Shown here one piece after another: positions 1 through 9,617 of a DNA stretch of 64,000 nt (the stretch's first letter is position 1; each line of letters begins with the position of its first letter). This DNA comes from a virus. The position numbers and the translations under genes were made by a program. The notes under the pieces are model-generated. The model searched no databases and was not told where the DNA came from. It worked only from the letters and a program-made list of their open reading frames with translations. Location of the stretch: positions 1 to 64,000 of IMG/VR virus record IMGVR_UViG_3300039074_000056, one strand, 5' to 3'.

Positions 1-67
1 ACATGGCACAATAACATGCATTAAATAGCATTCTGTTATTCGTTTTAATGTCATTAGTATAATCAAT

Positions 68-733
68 AATCCTCTGTAAGCCTTGATATTAAAGGCTTTA
101 GATATTTTGATATTATCAGTCAAGAGGTAATGGGGAGGGGGTTGGGATATTAAGCACCTATTCCATTTCCATGAGATATTTTCAGTATTAACAAAACATA
201 GATTTATAGCTTCTATTAACAATTTATTACAAAAATGAATAAAACAAATATTATAGCTATGATATTTTGCTATGGAATTACTATTAAGAGATAAATGAAG
301 GAGATATTTTTAGTACAAAAATTATAATAGCAGAAATGAAGGGAAGAGAGTGTTGACAGAAATAAGGATATTATGGTATTTAGATAACAAATAATTACAA
401 TATAATATGTATTATAAAATTTAGTATAAAATAATCCTATTAGGATATTTTAGATGTGGGATATTTTTGATAATGGAGTAATGTCGTTCTGTTCCAGAAC
501 AATTTAGTTCTGACAGAAGAATAAGATATTTTAGAGGGTAGCACCTAAAGGTGGGGAGACTAGACTGAATGAAATTAAGTCTCCCCTGTTTAGAGGTAAT
601 TTTTAATAAGTAAAAAAAAAACGGTATATTTTAGGTATTGTATTCAGAAGGTTTTTGTGTGGCAATATAGTAAGTTCCTTACCTATATAGAGATAGAAAG
701 GAGAAGCAGTAACGGCGGGGCTTACAGAGGATT
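68..733. repeat. AT-rich non-coding region with 11 same-strand GATATT(T/A) repeats, bounded by a 15-bp inverted repeat; candidate replication origin
   Basis: GATATTTT at 101,175,261,303,444,460,525; GATATTA at 85,109,146,367; AATCCTCTGTAAGCC (68-82) and its reverse complement GGCTTACAGAGGATT (719-733); hairpin GGGGAGACT/AGTCTCCCC (553-586); no ORF in the track. Confidence 0.6.
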
Positions 734-776
734 TTAGGTCGGTTTTTATTTTATTTCCCGACCTGTTTTAAGTCTT

Positions 777-1547
777 TTAGTTGTTATAACAACTAGCTAT
801 CCATTCTTTGTGTTTTTGTGATTCAACTACTTTGACATAGGGGAGTCCATCTGCATCAAGAGTTACCGGAAGACCAAGTGCAGCAGATACATCGCCAACA
901 AGCCGCGTATTAGTGTCTGACAGCCTTGTAACAGATTCTGCCCAAGATTGCTTAGCCCTGTTCATGTACTTGAAAATAGATGGTTGCAGCGGTGTCAAGC
1001 TTCTTCCCTCCTTTATCAAATCATCAAGAGTTTTGTTTGTACCATAAGAGAATGAATAATACCTATCTTCTTTCAGCTTGTGATCTACAACATAGACCAA
1101 ATCTCCTTTGTACCAGCGATAACCGAATGAAGGGTTTATACACAGCTTAAACATATCTCCTTGAATACCATCTGCCTTAGTGTAGAACCTTAGCCAACCA
1201 TTAGCCTCAAACAGTCGTAACTTTTCACGCATAGCGTGATCTGTTAGGCACTTCTTTTTGAACAGCTCTTCTTTGATGTTATCTTTTGTTACAAACATAA
1301 TGTTCTGGTAACCCTTGTGCTTTGTTAGCATGGACTGTAGTCTTTTGATAATAGTAATACGTCGCTCCGTTGCAGTAGACCTCTTAATTACCTTCTTACG
1401 CACTAAATATGCATCTTGCTCCTCAATAAATCTTATGAAGGAGCGTGTCACAATACTTCGCTTATTGAATGCCTCTTTGTTAAATAATTCTTCAAGCTGG
1501 TCTTTACTTTTTATCTCTGGAAAATCCATCGTTGGCACTCTATTCAA
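777..1547 (-). CDS. hypothetical protein, possibly a winged-helix (RepL-like) DNA-binding/replication protein
   Basis: 256-aa ORF; helix-turn-helix-like segment followed by 'INPSFGYRWYKG', resembling the NP..KG wing of RepL-type proteins; adjacent to the repeat region. Confidence 0.35.
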   Translation of the reverse strand: MNRVPTMDFPEIKSKDQLEELFNKEAFNKRSIVTRSFIRFIEEQDAYLVRKKVIKRSTATERRITIIKRLQSMLTKHKGYQNIMFVTKDNIKEELFKKKCLTDHAMREKLRLFEANGWLRFYTKADGIQGDMFKLCINPSFGYRWYKGDLVYVVDHKLKEDRYYSFSYGTNKTLDDLIKEGRSLTPLQPSIFKYMNRAKQSWAESVTRLSDTNTRLVGDVSAALGLPVTLDADGLPYVKVVESQKHKEWIASCYNN

Positions 1548-2167
1548 TCGTTTCTCCTCTTTGTATAAACTATAAATCTATCTCTCAATTTTATTGTTTT
1601 ATTGCTAATTTCAAATACATCCTCAAGCACATCCTTATACTCCATTGGTATGAAATTACTTCCACCCCTTCTTGTCAAACCTTTAGTAAAATAAAATTTA
1701 CAGATTTTCTCAGTAACATCTGTGTGAGGTACTCCAACTACAAGCGATGTAAACTTAAAGGTGGATACAAGACCTTCTATAATATCAGAAGCTTTCCTAC
1801 AAGCACCCGAAGAGTAGTTACCCCCTGATAAAAAATCACGGATACTTTTGTATGTAGATGAATAACAAATAAAGCCATCTCTACCAATAGTCATTTTATT
1901 AAATACAGGATTAAACTCTTTAATCTTTTCATACTCTACATCATTAGCTTTATTTTTACACAGACTTCTAAATACTACTTCTGTAGTAATTTTTTGACCA
2001 CTGAAGTGCATCTTGTTTAGTTCATATACATGGCTTGTCCCAGATGCACAGTGCTTCTCTCTCCCTTCTGCACCATGTCCGACATATAAAACTGTCCCGT
2101 CTATACTTCGCGCTATATATACAACAAAAGATTTTTCTTTTGGTGCTTTGTAAGAACGACTGTACAT
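1544..2167 (-). CDS. GIY-YIG-family nuclease domain protein
   Basis: N-terminal 'FVVYIARSIDGTVLYVGHG..GR..H' and later 'E...I....P.FN' pattern. Confidence 0.6.
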   Translation of the reverse strand: MYSRSYKAPKEKSFVVYIARSIDGTVLYVGHGAEGREKHCASGTSHVYELNKMHFSGQKITTEVVFRSLCKNKANDVEYEKIKEFNPVFNKMTIGRDGFICYSSTYKSIRDFLSGGNYSSGACRKASDIIEGLVSTFKFTSLVVGVPHTDVTEKICKFYFTKGLTRRGGSNFIPMEYKDVLEDVFEISNKTIKLRDRFIVYTKRRND

Positions 2168-2170
2168 TAA

Positions 2171-2386
2171 TCATCTCCCCCAGTCAACTTCCATTGCCAT
2201 GTATTTATCATACAGCCTGTCATAATGTTCTTCTATTTGCTTTGCTGTCATCGAGCCGTAGGTGAGTTTACGAATAGCCATGTAAAGTCTCTTAGTCTTT
2301 TTGTTCAAAGTCCAAGGTCTTTCTTTTCCTATGTTCTTTAGGGATAACTCTTTCAGGAGGAAGTCTACATGATTGTCTGTCATCAA
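2171..2386 (-). CDS. hypothetical protein
   Basis: ORF tightly packed in the leftward operon, upstream SD-like AAGGTG. Confidence 0.55.
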   Translation of the reverse strand: MMTDNHVDFLLKELSLKNIGKERPWTLNKKTKRLYMAIRKLTYGSMTAKQIEEHYDRLYDKYMAMEVDWGR

Positions 2387-2444
2387 AACACCTTCTTGAT
2401 TTTAGACAAATGCTTCACTGTCATAAGAAACAGAATCACCCAAA

Positions 2445-2747
2445 TCATCGCTTTTTCTCTAGTTCTTTAACTCGATACAGAGGGTACTCACCAAACATGA
2501 GTGACCAGCATTTATCTTGCCCCCACATCTCTTGGTTCTTATCAAGCCAAGCATCTAAATCACACTTATCTGTGAAAAATGTAAATACTTCATACCCATG
2601 AGCCTCTCTGTTTTCAAGAGGGTCTGTCCAAAGCTTTTCTACAATGTAGATTGTGTTGATAATTGGAGAATCATAATAACCATCACTGCCACTAAACATT
2701 CTCATACAAACGCTCCTGTCATAACTCCAATAATTACTAGATAGCAC
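2445..2747 (-). CDS. hypothetical protein (true start probably ~2700)
   Basis: ORF in the operon, overlaps the end of the upstream gene. Confidence 0.5.
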   Translation of the reverse strand: MLSSNYWSYDRSVCMRMFSGSDGYYDSPIINTIYIVEKLWTDPLENREAHGYEVFTFFTDKCDLDAWLDKNQEMWGQDKCWSLMFGEYPLYRVKELEKKR

Positions 2748-3070
2748 AGATAGTGCAACATTTGGTCAACACCAAGCATAATCCAAAACTCATTATCTTT
2801 GTCTGCTTTCCATCCGTTTGATTTTACGATATTCATCTTACCGTAGTCAATAGCGTAGTGAGCAGCAAACTCACCAAGAGCACAAAAGAAAGCAAGAAGT
2901 GGATTTAACCAACATAAAGCTCCGAAAGTAACGAGTCCGTGCAAACCAGCATGGGCGTATCCTCCAATGTGCTTGAAGTTTCCCTTATTCTGCCACATCC
3001 AAGGTGGTTGATAAAGGAAATCAACCATAAAATGCTTTACAATAAAGAAAAATAGCAGAAGTAAGTCCAT
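2702..3070 (-). CDS. DUF3307-like membrane protein
   Basis: His-rich pattern 'KHFMVDFLYQ...M..NKG...HAGLHG...HYAID..K...GVDQMLH' with hydrophobic helices. Confidence 0.7.
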   Translation of the reverse strand: MDLLLLFFFIVKHFMVDFLYQPPWMWQNKGNFKHIGGYAHAGLHGLVTFGALCWLNPLLAFFCALGEFAAHYAIDYGKMNIVKSNGWKADKDNEFWIMLGVDQMLHYLCYLVIIGVMTGAFV

Positions 3071-3363
3071 TATGCGATCTCCTCATAATCCATAAACTCA
3101 TAATCAGAACAAACAAGCCTAGATAGTTTCCAGAAAGCCTTGTTACTGTATTCTGTGACAGACTTCTTGCTAAACACATAACCATTACTTTCACCATCCA
3201 TAGCTCTGCTCCAACAAGATAAGGCATAGTTAATATCTCTGGCTTTCTCACCATTCATAGTGATGTGAAGTAGTCGCATCTCAGAGGCAATGCTCTTTAG
3301 AACATATACTTGCTCTTTTAGGGTTGGTGTTCCTTTGCCTCTTAATTTAGTCTTCTTATTCAC
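3070..3363 (-). CDS. hypothetical protein
   Basis: ORF with stop/start overlaps to neighbours. Confidence 0.6.
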   Translation of the reverse strand: MNKKTKLRGKGTPTLKEQVYVLKSIASEMRLLHITMNGEKARDINYALSCWSRAMDGESNGYVFSKKSVTEYSNKAFWKLSRLVCSDYEFMDYEEIA

Positions 3364-3664
3364 TTTGAATCCTCACATTAATTAGGTAGGCAATTTTATC
3401 TAGCCATTTTTGCCTAACTATTTCGTTATCAAACATTCCATGACCTTCGTTGCTAATATCTTCCCAAAGTAGGGTTTCACCGCCGCACTCTGGGTAATCA
3501 ACGCTGAGTGCGCCCCAGCGCAGTCGAACGTATCCTACTCGGATGTAATCAACTTCTGATGCTTTTATGTAAACGTCATATTGCTCTGGGCAAGCAAAGC
3601 AGGTTAGCTTAAAAACTAGTCCACGGATTGTGAAATCTTCTTGGCCTGTGTCCCAACTATTCAT
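3356..3664 (-). CDS. hypothetical phage protein
   Basis: 'LTCFACPEQYDVY...VGYVRLRWG' pattern I recall from small phage proteins; good SD. Confidence 0.6.
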   Translation of the reverse strand: MNSWDTGQEDFTIRGLVFKLTCFACPEQYDVYIKASEVDYIRVGYVRLRWGALSVDYPECGGETLLWEDISNEGHGMFDNEIVRQKWLDKIAYLINVRIQSE

Positions 3665-3840
3665 CTTTCTTCTCCTTTACATGCCTAGTTACAAGCCACT
3701 CCCAGCTATAACCACCCCATGTCTCATCTGCCCAATAATATTGGCTATCTTCTTTGCACCAACCATCATCGCTTACAAGATGAACGGAGTAAGTGATTTT
3801 CTTTCTGTATTTTGGTCGTCGTGCTTCGCACTTAGCGATA

Positions 3841-4146
3841 TTAGTTCTCATCTTCATTCTCCTTCTTTATCTGTAAGCAAAGCCATTTCATTGTATTAGT
3901 TAAGTCCCTCTCCTTCAACGCATACAGTGTCCCAGCTCGTAAATCTGCTTTAGTGATGTGCTTCTTTAGCTTGTGTTGTATTGTATCCCACTTGTCTAAA
4001 AGAAGCTTCATCATCTTATCATACTCTTCATCAGAAAACAAGCTGTAATCGTGATGGTAGTAAAGGTAAGACGAACAAACAATCCAAAACACCAAAGTAT
4101 TCGGGTTGCGCTTGTAGTCCTCTCTAGCCTTCTGTATTGCTTTCAT
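3841..4146 (-). CDS. stand-alone NAD-dependent DNA ligase N-terminal (subdomain Ia)-like protein
   Basis: 'YLYYHHDYSLFSDEEYDKMMKLL' matches the LigA Ia motif YY....P.ISDAEYD.L. Confidence 0.55.
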   Translation of the reverse strand: MKAIQKAREDYKRNPNTLVFWIVCSSYLYYHHDYSLFSDEEYDKMMKLLLDKWDTIQHKLKKHITKADLRAGTLYALKERDLTNTMKWLCLQIKKENEDEN

Positions 4147-4411
4147 TGAGCTTTACAAACTCTTCGTATGTTGTGTCAAGAGGGATCTCTTTCCCATTGC
4201 ATGTAAAGATAATAGTTAGTCCACCACGCATTTCTTCTTCTGGGTCATCCATAGGAATCTCTTCTGTGTAGCAAGAGATGCTCTCTACAGGGTATCCAAG
4301 AGCAAGAATCTCATCTACGTGCTTATGCACAGCAGCTCGCATATCTAATGCCTTCTGCTTCAGCTCTTCATCAGATGTTTCATCAATAATTTTTTGAAAA
4401 ATGTCTTTCAT
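4124..4411 (-). CDS. hypothetical protein
   Basis: ORF; start moved to ATG 4411 after SD AAGGAG. Confidence 0.55.
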   Translation of the reverse strand: MKDIFQKIIDETSDEELKQKALDMRAAVHKHVDEILALGYPVESISCYTEEIPMDDPEEEMRGGLTIIFTCNGKEIPLDTTYEEFVKLNESNTEG

Positions 4412-4422
4412 TCTGTATCTCC

Positions 4423-4653
4423 TTATTCTATGTAGTCGTCGTAGATTGTAATCCTGTTGAATCCGTCTCCCCCAACACTTAATACGCACTGACCATGTTC
4501 TTTAACAAACTCAATAATGTTTTCAACAACAACAAACCAATTGTCTGAGTATTCCGGCTCTATGAGGTTGTTTGTAAAGGCATCTTCACAAGGCTTAATT
4601 CCGGGAGAACTTGCCCTACTAACTATAAATAAATTATTTTCAGGTATTATCAT
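4423..4653 (-). CDS. hypothetical protein
   Basis: ORF ending 'ITIYDDYIE', overlaps the upstream gene stop. Confidence 0.55.
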   Translation of the reverse strand: MIIPENNLFIVSRASSPGIKPCEDAFTNNLIEPEYSDNWFVVVENIIEFVKEHGQCVLSVGGDGFNRITIYDDYIE

Positions 4654-5104
4654 ACTTCCTTACCTCCACTCCTGCTTGTTTAAGCAACTCTAGCCCACCA
4701 ACATCTCTAAACTCTTCTGCATAAATCACCTCCTCGATTCCGGCAGCAATAAGCATAGAGGCACACGGAACACAGCAGCTATGTGTCGTGTAAAGCGTAG
4801 CGCCCATAGCAGACACCCCCTCTTTAGCGCACTTAATAAGGCACGACAGCTCCGCATGGATGACTTCTTGCTTTGTAACCAACTTAGGGCTAGTATAGTA
4901 TCGGTCATCTTCACTCCACTCTTCAGGGATAAGCTTTTCGCACTCATTCCCAAGCTGCTTAGGCAATCCATTTACACCTGAGATTGTGACACCTGTGCTT
5001 GTCACAAGTGTAGCTCCCACCTGTAGTCGTTTTGCCTTAGACAGCTTTGCATGAGCATAGGCTGTTGTCATGTAGCATGTGTCAAGCTCTTGTCTAGTTG
5101 CCAT
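4640..5104 (-). CDS. dCMP deaminase
   Basis: Zn-deaminase motifs 'HAE' and 'CVPCA', plus 'QVGA' and 'GVNG'. Confidence 0.9.
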   Translation of the reverse strand: MATRQELDTCYMTTAYAHAKLSKAKRLQVGATLVTSTGVTISGVNGLPKQLGNECEKLIPEEWSEDDRYYTSPKLVTKQEVIHAELSCLIKCAKEGVSAMGATLYTTHSCCVPCASMLIAAGIEEVIYAEEFRDVGGLELLKQAGVEVRKYDNT

Positions 5105-5328
5105 TAGATCCATAACTCCTTCAAGAAATCGCTGTCTACAAGCTTCCGCTTTAGAAAGTAGTTAGCTCCTTCCTTCCAAACAAGCTCATCAGCTACAAGC
5201 ATAACTGGCTTATGATTGCTGCCTCGAAAGTCTGTTGTAATTAAGTAGTGGGTAGGCTTGTAGCCGTCGCCACTGCATTCAACAGGCCAATTAGTCATAA
5301 CACCTTCGATGATTTGTTGTTTATCCAT
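5104..5328 (-). CDS. hypothetical protein
   Basis: ORF; likely ATG at 5328. Confidence 0.5.
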   Translation of the reverse strand: MDKQQIIEGVMTNWPVECSGDGYKPTHYLITTDFRGSNHKPVMLVADELVWKEGANYFLKRKLVDSDFLKELWI

Positions 5329-5430
5329 TTCAGATAAACCCGTAATCCTTAGCTGCAATAGCGGCAGTTAGGCAAGCCATGCAGAAGTAGATTGTCTTGA
5401 TTTCGTAAGCTACATTCATTTTGTTTCTCC

Positions 5431-5724
5431 TTAAATAAAAGCAGCAATCGCTGCCAACAAAGCAACAATACCAAGACAGCGTTGTGTTGTCAATAACTTT
5501 TTATTCAAAGCATCTAAAGTATTTTTCTGCTGCTCCATACGAATGTTCATTGCACAAAGAGTAGCCCAATTTTCTTTCTGAGCTTTTATCTCATCTCGTA
5601 GCTGAATAATATCTGCTTTTGTTCGCACAGCATCTACGCCTATTTGTGTGATAGAGCGCGTGTAGTCGTCCTCTTTAACATATTTTGGAGCTGGTTTGCG
5701 TTTTGGTGGTGTTGTCGTAGTCAT
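5431..5724 (-). CDS. coiled-coil protein with C-terminal transmembrane anchor
   Basis: heptad-like middle, hydrophobic C-terminus 'CLGIVALLAAIAAFI'; SD AGGAG. Confidence 0.6.
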   Translation of the reverse strand: MTTTTPPKRKPAPKYVKEDDYTRSITQIGVDAVRTKADIIQLRDEIKAQKENWATLCAMNIRMEQQKNTLDALNKKLLTTQRCLGIVALLAAIAAFI

Positions 5725-5734
5725 TTTGTTTCTC

Positions 5735-6061
5735 CTATGAATTTAGTATGCGCGACTTTAAGCTTGCCTGTGCTTGACCTCGCCTCGTACCAACTGATCT
5801 ACAGGTAACATCACCTTTGGGGCTATCACCTGTCTCAGAATGCACCTTGTAGAAGTTTTTTCCGTAGTACTCATCCACTGCGAGCTGTGCAAGATCGCGA
5901 GTAGCAGCTTTTACATAAACAATTTTTCCAAAAGCGTTTTTTATAAAATATTTAGCAAGCTTTTTAATGTCTTCGTCAGCATCTGGCACTTGCTCAATCA
6001 AACTAACTTTTTTAATCTTTCCTTCCCAAACAACCTCTACTTCATTTAGCTGGATGTACAT
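5735..6061 (-). CDS. hypothetical protein
   Basis: ORF with SD AAGGAG. Confidence 0.6.
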   Translation of the reverse strand: MYIQLNEVEVVWEGKIKKVSLIEQVPDADEDIKKLAKYFIKNAFGKIVYVKAATRDLAQLAVDEYYGKNFYKVHSETGDSPKGDVTCRSVGTRRGQAQASLKSRILNS

Positions 6062-6075
6062 ACCTTCTCCTTATG

Positions 6076-6342
6076 TTAAATCCACTTGTGCAGCTTGCTC
6101 ACCAGCAAGCACTGCTCAGGTGTTGCGTAGTTTACGGGGTATCTTTTGTAAACAGTATGGAAGTTTCTTTCATTAGTTCGCTCCATAGTATACACATAGC
6201 CCTCGTATTGAAAAGCAGTGTAAGCAACAGTGGAGTCCCAAGTGGCCTCCTTAAACAAGCGAGCCAATACGGGAATAGCAGATTTTGACTGCTTCATCCG
6301 GTGGAACTTAGCTGGGGAAAGGGATTGAATTGTAGATTTCAT
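6076..6342 (-). CDS. hypothetical protein
   Basis: ORF; ATG 6342 after AAGGAG. Confidence 0.55.
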   Translation of the reverse strand: MKSTIQSLSPAKFHRMKQSKSAIPVLARLFKEATWDSTVAYTAFQYEGYVYTMERTNERNFHTVYKRYPVNYATPEQCLLVSKLHKWI

Positions 6343-6352
6343 TTGTTTCTCC

Positions 6353-7111
6353 TTAATCGTCAATGTCAATTTGCCAGTTCATTAAAGCATGAAATGTCTC
6401 TGGACGCAACACATCTTTGTACTCTTCCGCTACTCTTTTAATTTCGGCCTCTTTTGCCTCTTTGTAGACAACAAAGGCCTCTTCTGGGGTGTTGTAGTAC
6501 CCCAAAAAAATCCTTTTGTCAACAGTGCTAACTTGCGCCTTATATTTTTTACTTCGACTATAATAGCACACGCCAACTGGAAACTGTCCTCTCGTTGCCT
6601 TGCAGTTGATTAGCAAATTATTGACTTTGCTTGGAACTATATCGCAATAGTCTTGACAGTAGACTTTATTGCTGCTTTTTATAATATCTTTGTCTAAAGA
6701 AAATCCATCTTTATTAGCGTTTGGTTGTTTTTCATACCACTCTGCAAAGTTTTGAAAGTTGTGCCACTCTTCTGAAACAGAGCAACCTGCATAAGTTGGA
6801 TATTTACTCCAATAATCTTCATTATAACACCTTCTAAGCATACTACTCCATGCGCTGTAGCTTTTTGTCACAACACCGCTACTTGTTGACAAGTAAGTAC
6901 CTTGTCCAATAAAACCAACTCCGAAAATACTTGCAAAGTAAGGGTCTTTTACCCTACCAAGGACGAGGTTATTGTATCTACAAACTACTTCATGTCCGGT
7001 TTCAATAAACCTTACGGTAATTTCTCTGGAATTGCAATAATCAACTACCACACAACTACCAGATGTATTTGAGACAAATACATCACCAACTTTAACACTT
7101 GCTTTTGACAT
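6353..7111 (-). CDS. free-standing HNH-type homing endonuclease with C-terminal AP2-like domain
   Basis: 'W..MLRRCY...Y.GCSV.EEWHNFQNFAEW...LDKDI....K.Y....C..VP...N' then 'PVGV...KY.AQ....LGYY.TPEEAF..Y'. Confidence 0.8.
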   Translation of the reverse strand: MSKASVKVGDVFVSNTSGSCVVVDYCNSREITVRFIETGHEVVCRYNNLVLGRVKDPYFASIFGVGFIGQGTYLSTSSGVVTKSYSAWSSMLRRCYNEDYWSKYPTYAGCSVSEEWHNFQNFAEWYEKQPNANKDGFSLDKDIIKSSNKVYCQDYCDIVPSKVNNLLINCKATRGQFPVGVCYYSRSKKYKAQVSTVDKRIFLGYYNTPEEAFVVYKEAKEAEIKRVAEEYKDVLRPETFHALMNWQIDIDD

Positions 7112-7149
7112 AACATCCCTCCTAGTTAATAAAAGGGATGTTATCCCAT

Positions 7150-7797
7150 TTAGTCTTCGATTGCAACAGGTGTTCGTCGTTTTCGTTGAGGCTTTGGAGG
7201 CTCTTTTTCCTCAACCTCTTCAACCACAGGATTGTTCTTTTCCTCAAAGTAAAGGCCGCGTTTTTCAAGACGCTCTTCAATTTCTTCTGGAAGAAGCCAT
7301 AGTTCCTTACCATTCTTAACTTGTACAAGTTCTTCTGGTGTCAAGAACCCTTCATACACTGAATCAATCAACTTGTCTAGCTTTTTATCAGAGAATGTCA
7401 CATATCCACGAATATCGCTACCCTTCCCTCCTGTCGCAAAGCTGGCTTCGTGAATCATCATGCTTGCTGAATCTAACACAACTAAATGTGAACAAGATAG
7501 AGCAATCATACTTCCTGCGCTGTAAGCTCTGCCGTTGATAAGGCCAACCACTTGAGCATCGCTGTTCTGAATAGCAGAAACAATGGCCTCTGTTGCTGAT
7601 AAATCGCCGCCGGGTGTATTAATCCACAGCTCTACAACATCATTGTCACTTGCGCTGAGCAATACTTGCAACAGGTTACGGTAGTAAGAAGGTTCTGTGA
7701 TTTCCTCATCTAAGAAGAAGCGCGTGAGTGTAGATGTGCTAGCTTGTTGAAAGAAGCCAAGACCATTACTTGGAGTGATTTCATTTTCTTCGTTCAT
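7150..7797 (-). CDS. ClpP-family serine protease
   Basis: 'INTPGG', nucleophile 'AYSAGSMI', 'MMIH', 'ELWL.PEE'. Confidence 0.85.
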   Translation of the reverse strand: MNEENEITPSNGLGFFQQASTSTLTRFFLDEEITEPSYYRNLLQVLLSASDNDVVELWINTPGGDLSATEAIVSAIQNSDAQVVGLINGRAYSAGSMIALSCSHLVVLDSASMMIHEASFATGGKGSDIRGYVTFSDKKLDKLIDSVYEGFLTPEELVQVKNGKELWLLPEEIEERLEKRGLYFEEKNNPVVEEVEEKEPPKPQRKRRTPVAIED

Positions 7798-7925
7798 TTT
7801 AGTAGTTTTGTAATTCAATTCAGACTCCGATGTAATTGTAAAAGCGTTGCAGCAAAATAGCTGAGATAAACAAGACGACTAATAGAAGCTCGCCCATGAT
7901 TTGTATTACTAGAGAAAGATAGTAT

Positions 7926-8660
7926 TTAGCGCGGTTTAGCATCTTCAGTCATCTCCTTTTCGTAGGCAAGAACAAAGTCTTTTGTAATACCACTTCGCAC
8001 AATATCGTCGTGAGTAAAGCGGACAATTTCAACATCTGGAATCTTGTATTTTTCCACAATAGAGATCAAATACTCAAGACCATTACGACCACGCTTAACA
8101 TCCGTCTGGAAGCCACTATCGTCGCCAATACAAATCAACTGACTACCTTCTCCCATTCGTGTTGTAATTGCCTGAACTTCTGGGACAAACATGTTTTGAA
8201 ACTCTTCAGCAATAACTAAAGTGCCTTCATCCCAAGACCGACCACGAATTGATTCTAAATCACCAAGCTCAATCTCACCATTACGGATAGCCACCTCAAC
8301 AGCGCCCTTGCCCATAAAGTCTTCAAGGTACTCAATCAACTGAATGTAGAATGCGTGGAGCTTGTCCTCCAAACTGCCCGGACGGAAACCTACGGAGCGA
8401 CCAGCAAGCGGTTGATATGCCCTTAGCAATACAATTTTCTTGCAGCGATGATTTGTAAATTGGCTTGCAGCCCACCAACAAGCAAGCAATGACTTGCCTA
8501 CGCCAGCACTACCTGCCCCAATTACAACGGGAGTAGAGCGCATTGCATCCATAAAAAGCTGTTGGTTTTGTGTTTTAGGGTGTAGTTGTGGAATTTTACG
8601 CTGATGTTCAAATTTCTCACGCACAATGCGCTGTTCTGCAATCTTCTGATTACGCTTCAA
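7926..8660 (-). CDS. phoH: PhoH-family ATPase
   Basis: 'PKTQNQ', Walker A 'GSAGVGKS', 'GFRPGSLEDK', 'IRGRSW', 'EEFQN', 'TRMGEGS', 'DIVRSG'. Confidence 0.92.
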   Translation of the reverse strand: MKRNQKIAEQRIVREKFEHQRKIPQLHPKTQNQQLFMDAMRSTPVVIGAGSAGVGKSLLACWWAASQFTNHRCKKIVLLRAYQPLAGRSVGFRPGSLEDKLHAFYIQLIEYLEDFMGKGAVEVAIRNGEIELGDLESIRGRSWDEGTLVIAEEFQNMFVPEVQAITTRMGEGSQLICIGDDSGFQTDVKRGRNGLEYLISIVEKYKIPDVEIVRFTHDDIVRSGITKDFVLAYEKEMTEDAKPR

Positions 8661-8742
8661 GGTATCTCCTTAACAGCTCTTACATGATACCTTAACCCAT
8701 TTAAAGTACCTTATAAGAGCTATTTAATGTTATGAAATTAAG

Positions 8743-9246
8743 TTAATTTAAGGTCTTGTTCACCTTCTTAATAGAGACTACGTTGTCTCCGTACTCATCT
8801 AAGTCATCTTCAACAATCTCAACAATATCATCCTTCTCTTCTAGCAAGAACCTAATAGTCTCGCCTAGTTCAGAGGTTCTTTCCTCAATGGCAAGAGCTA
8901 AAGAAGCCTCATAGGTTTTGTACAAGTCAGAGTAGATAAAGCTTGCAATCGCATCTAAATGCTTTGGTTTTAAGTGCCTACATACATCGTCGTAGAATGT
9001 GTCGCTGAGTTTTCTAAAATCAAATCCACGACACATATCTACAACTTCAAGCCTGTCTTTACCACTTAGTTGAGTCATTGCTGAATAAACACTGTCTGTG
9101 ATAAAGGCTTGAAACCAGAGACGAGATAACTCCCCGTCTGCATTATCTTCTTCAGCCGTTTTGCTTTGGGCGGCCTCGGTTGACTGGCTTTGCTTGGAGC
9201 GTTCCAGCAGGGCTTTCATTTGTTTTGTCAGGCTCTTGAACAACAT
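8743..9246 (-). CDS. hypothetical protein
   Basis: 167-aa ORF. Confidence 0.55.
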   Translation of the reverse strand: MLFKSLTKQMKALLERSKQSQSTEAAQSKTAEEDNADGELSRLWFQAFITDSVYSAMTQLSGKDRLEVVDMCRGFDFRKLSDTFYDDVCRHLKPKHLDAIASFIYSDLYKTYEASLALAIEERTSELGETIRFLLEEKDDIVEIVEDDLDEYGDNVVSIKKVNKTLN

Positions 9247-9427
9247 TCACAACCTCCTTCTTCATACCGCAGCGATAGTAGCCATTAAAGCCAGTTACAA
9301 AATAATCATTGTCTGTTGTGTGCCGGTAGCCTTCTTTATGGCAGGATTCAATAGCCATGACAAACTCATACAAGCTGTATTCTTCAATAACAGCAACAGA
9401 CTTATCTTCGTTAAAAACAATACTCAT
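9152..9427 (-). CDS. hypothetical protein with C-terminal 'RGRPK' AT-hook-like tail
   Basis: ORF with SD GAGGAG. Confidence 0.55.
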   Translation of the reverse strand: MSIVFNEDKSVAVIEEYSLYEFVMAIESCHKEGYRHTTDNDYFVTGFNGYYRCGMKKEVVNVVQEPDKTNESPAGTLQAKPVNRGRPKQNG

Positions 9428-9436
9428 ACTTACTCC

Positions 9437-9607
9437 TCAATAATCGTTAATTTGGATTGAACCACAAGAAATGTCACACTCATCGTTTGACTCGTACAAG
9501 CCAAGATCATAGTGACAGTTTACATCAGACAGCTTTTCATAATCGCTTTGAACACTCCAATCTTTGTTTGGCAGGATGTTATCAAAAGCGTAGTTTGTTT
9601 CGTTCAT
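9437..9607 (-). CDS. small acidic hypothetical protein
   Basis: ATG 9607 after AAGGAG; ends 'CDISCGSIQINDY'. Confidence 0.5.
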   Translation of the reverse strand: MNETNYAFDNILPNKDWSVQSDYEKLSDVNCHYDLGLYESNDECDISCGSIQINDY

Positions 9608-9617
9608 ATTAAGCTCC

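Noticed and set aside
85-532. GATATT repeats as a CRISPR array
   Set aside because: The repeats are only 7-8 nt, irregularly spaced, and no cas genes are present.
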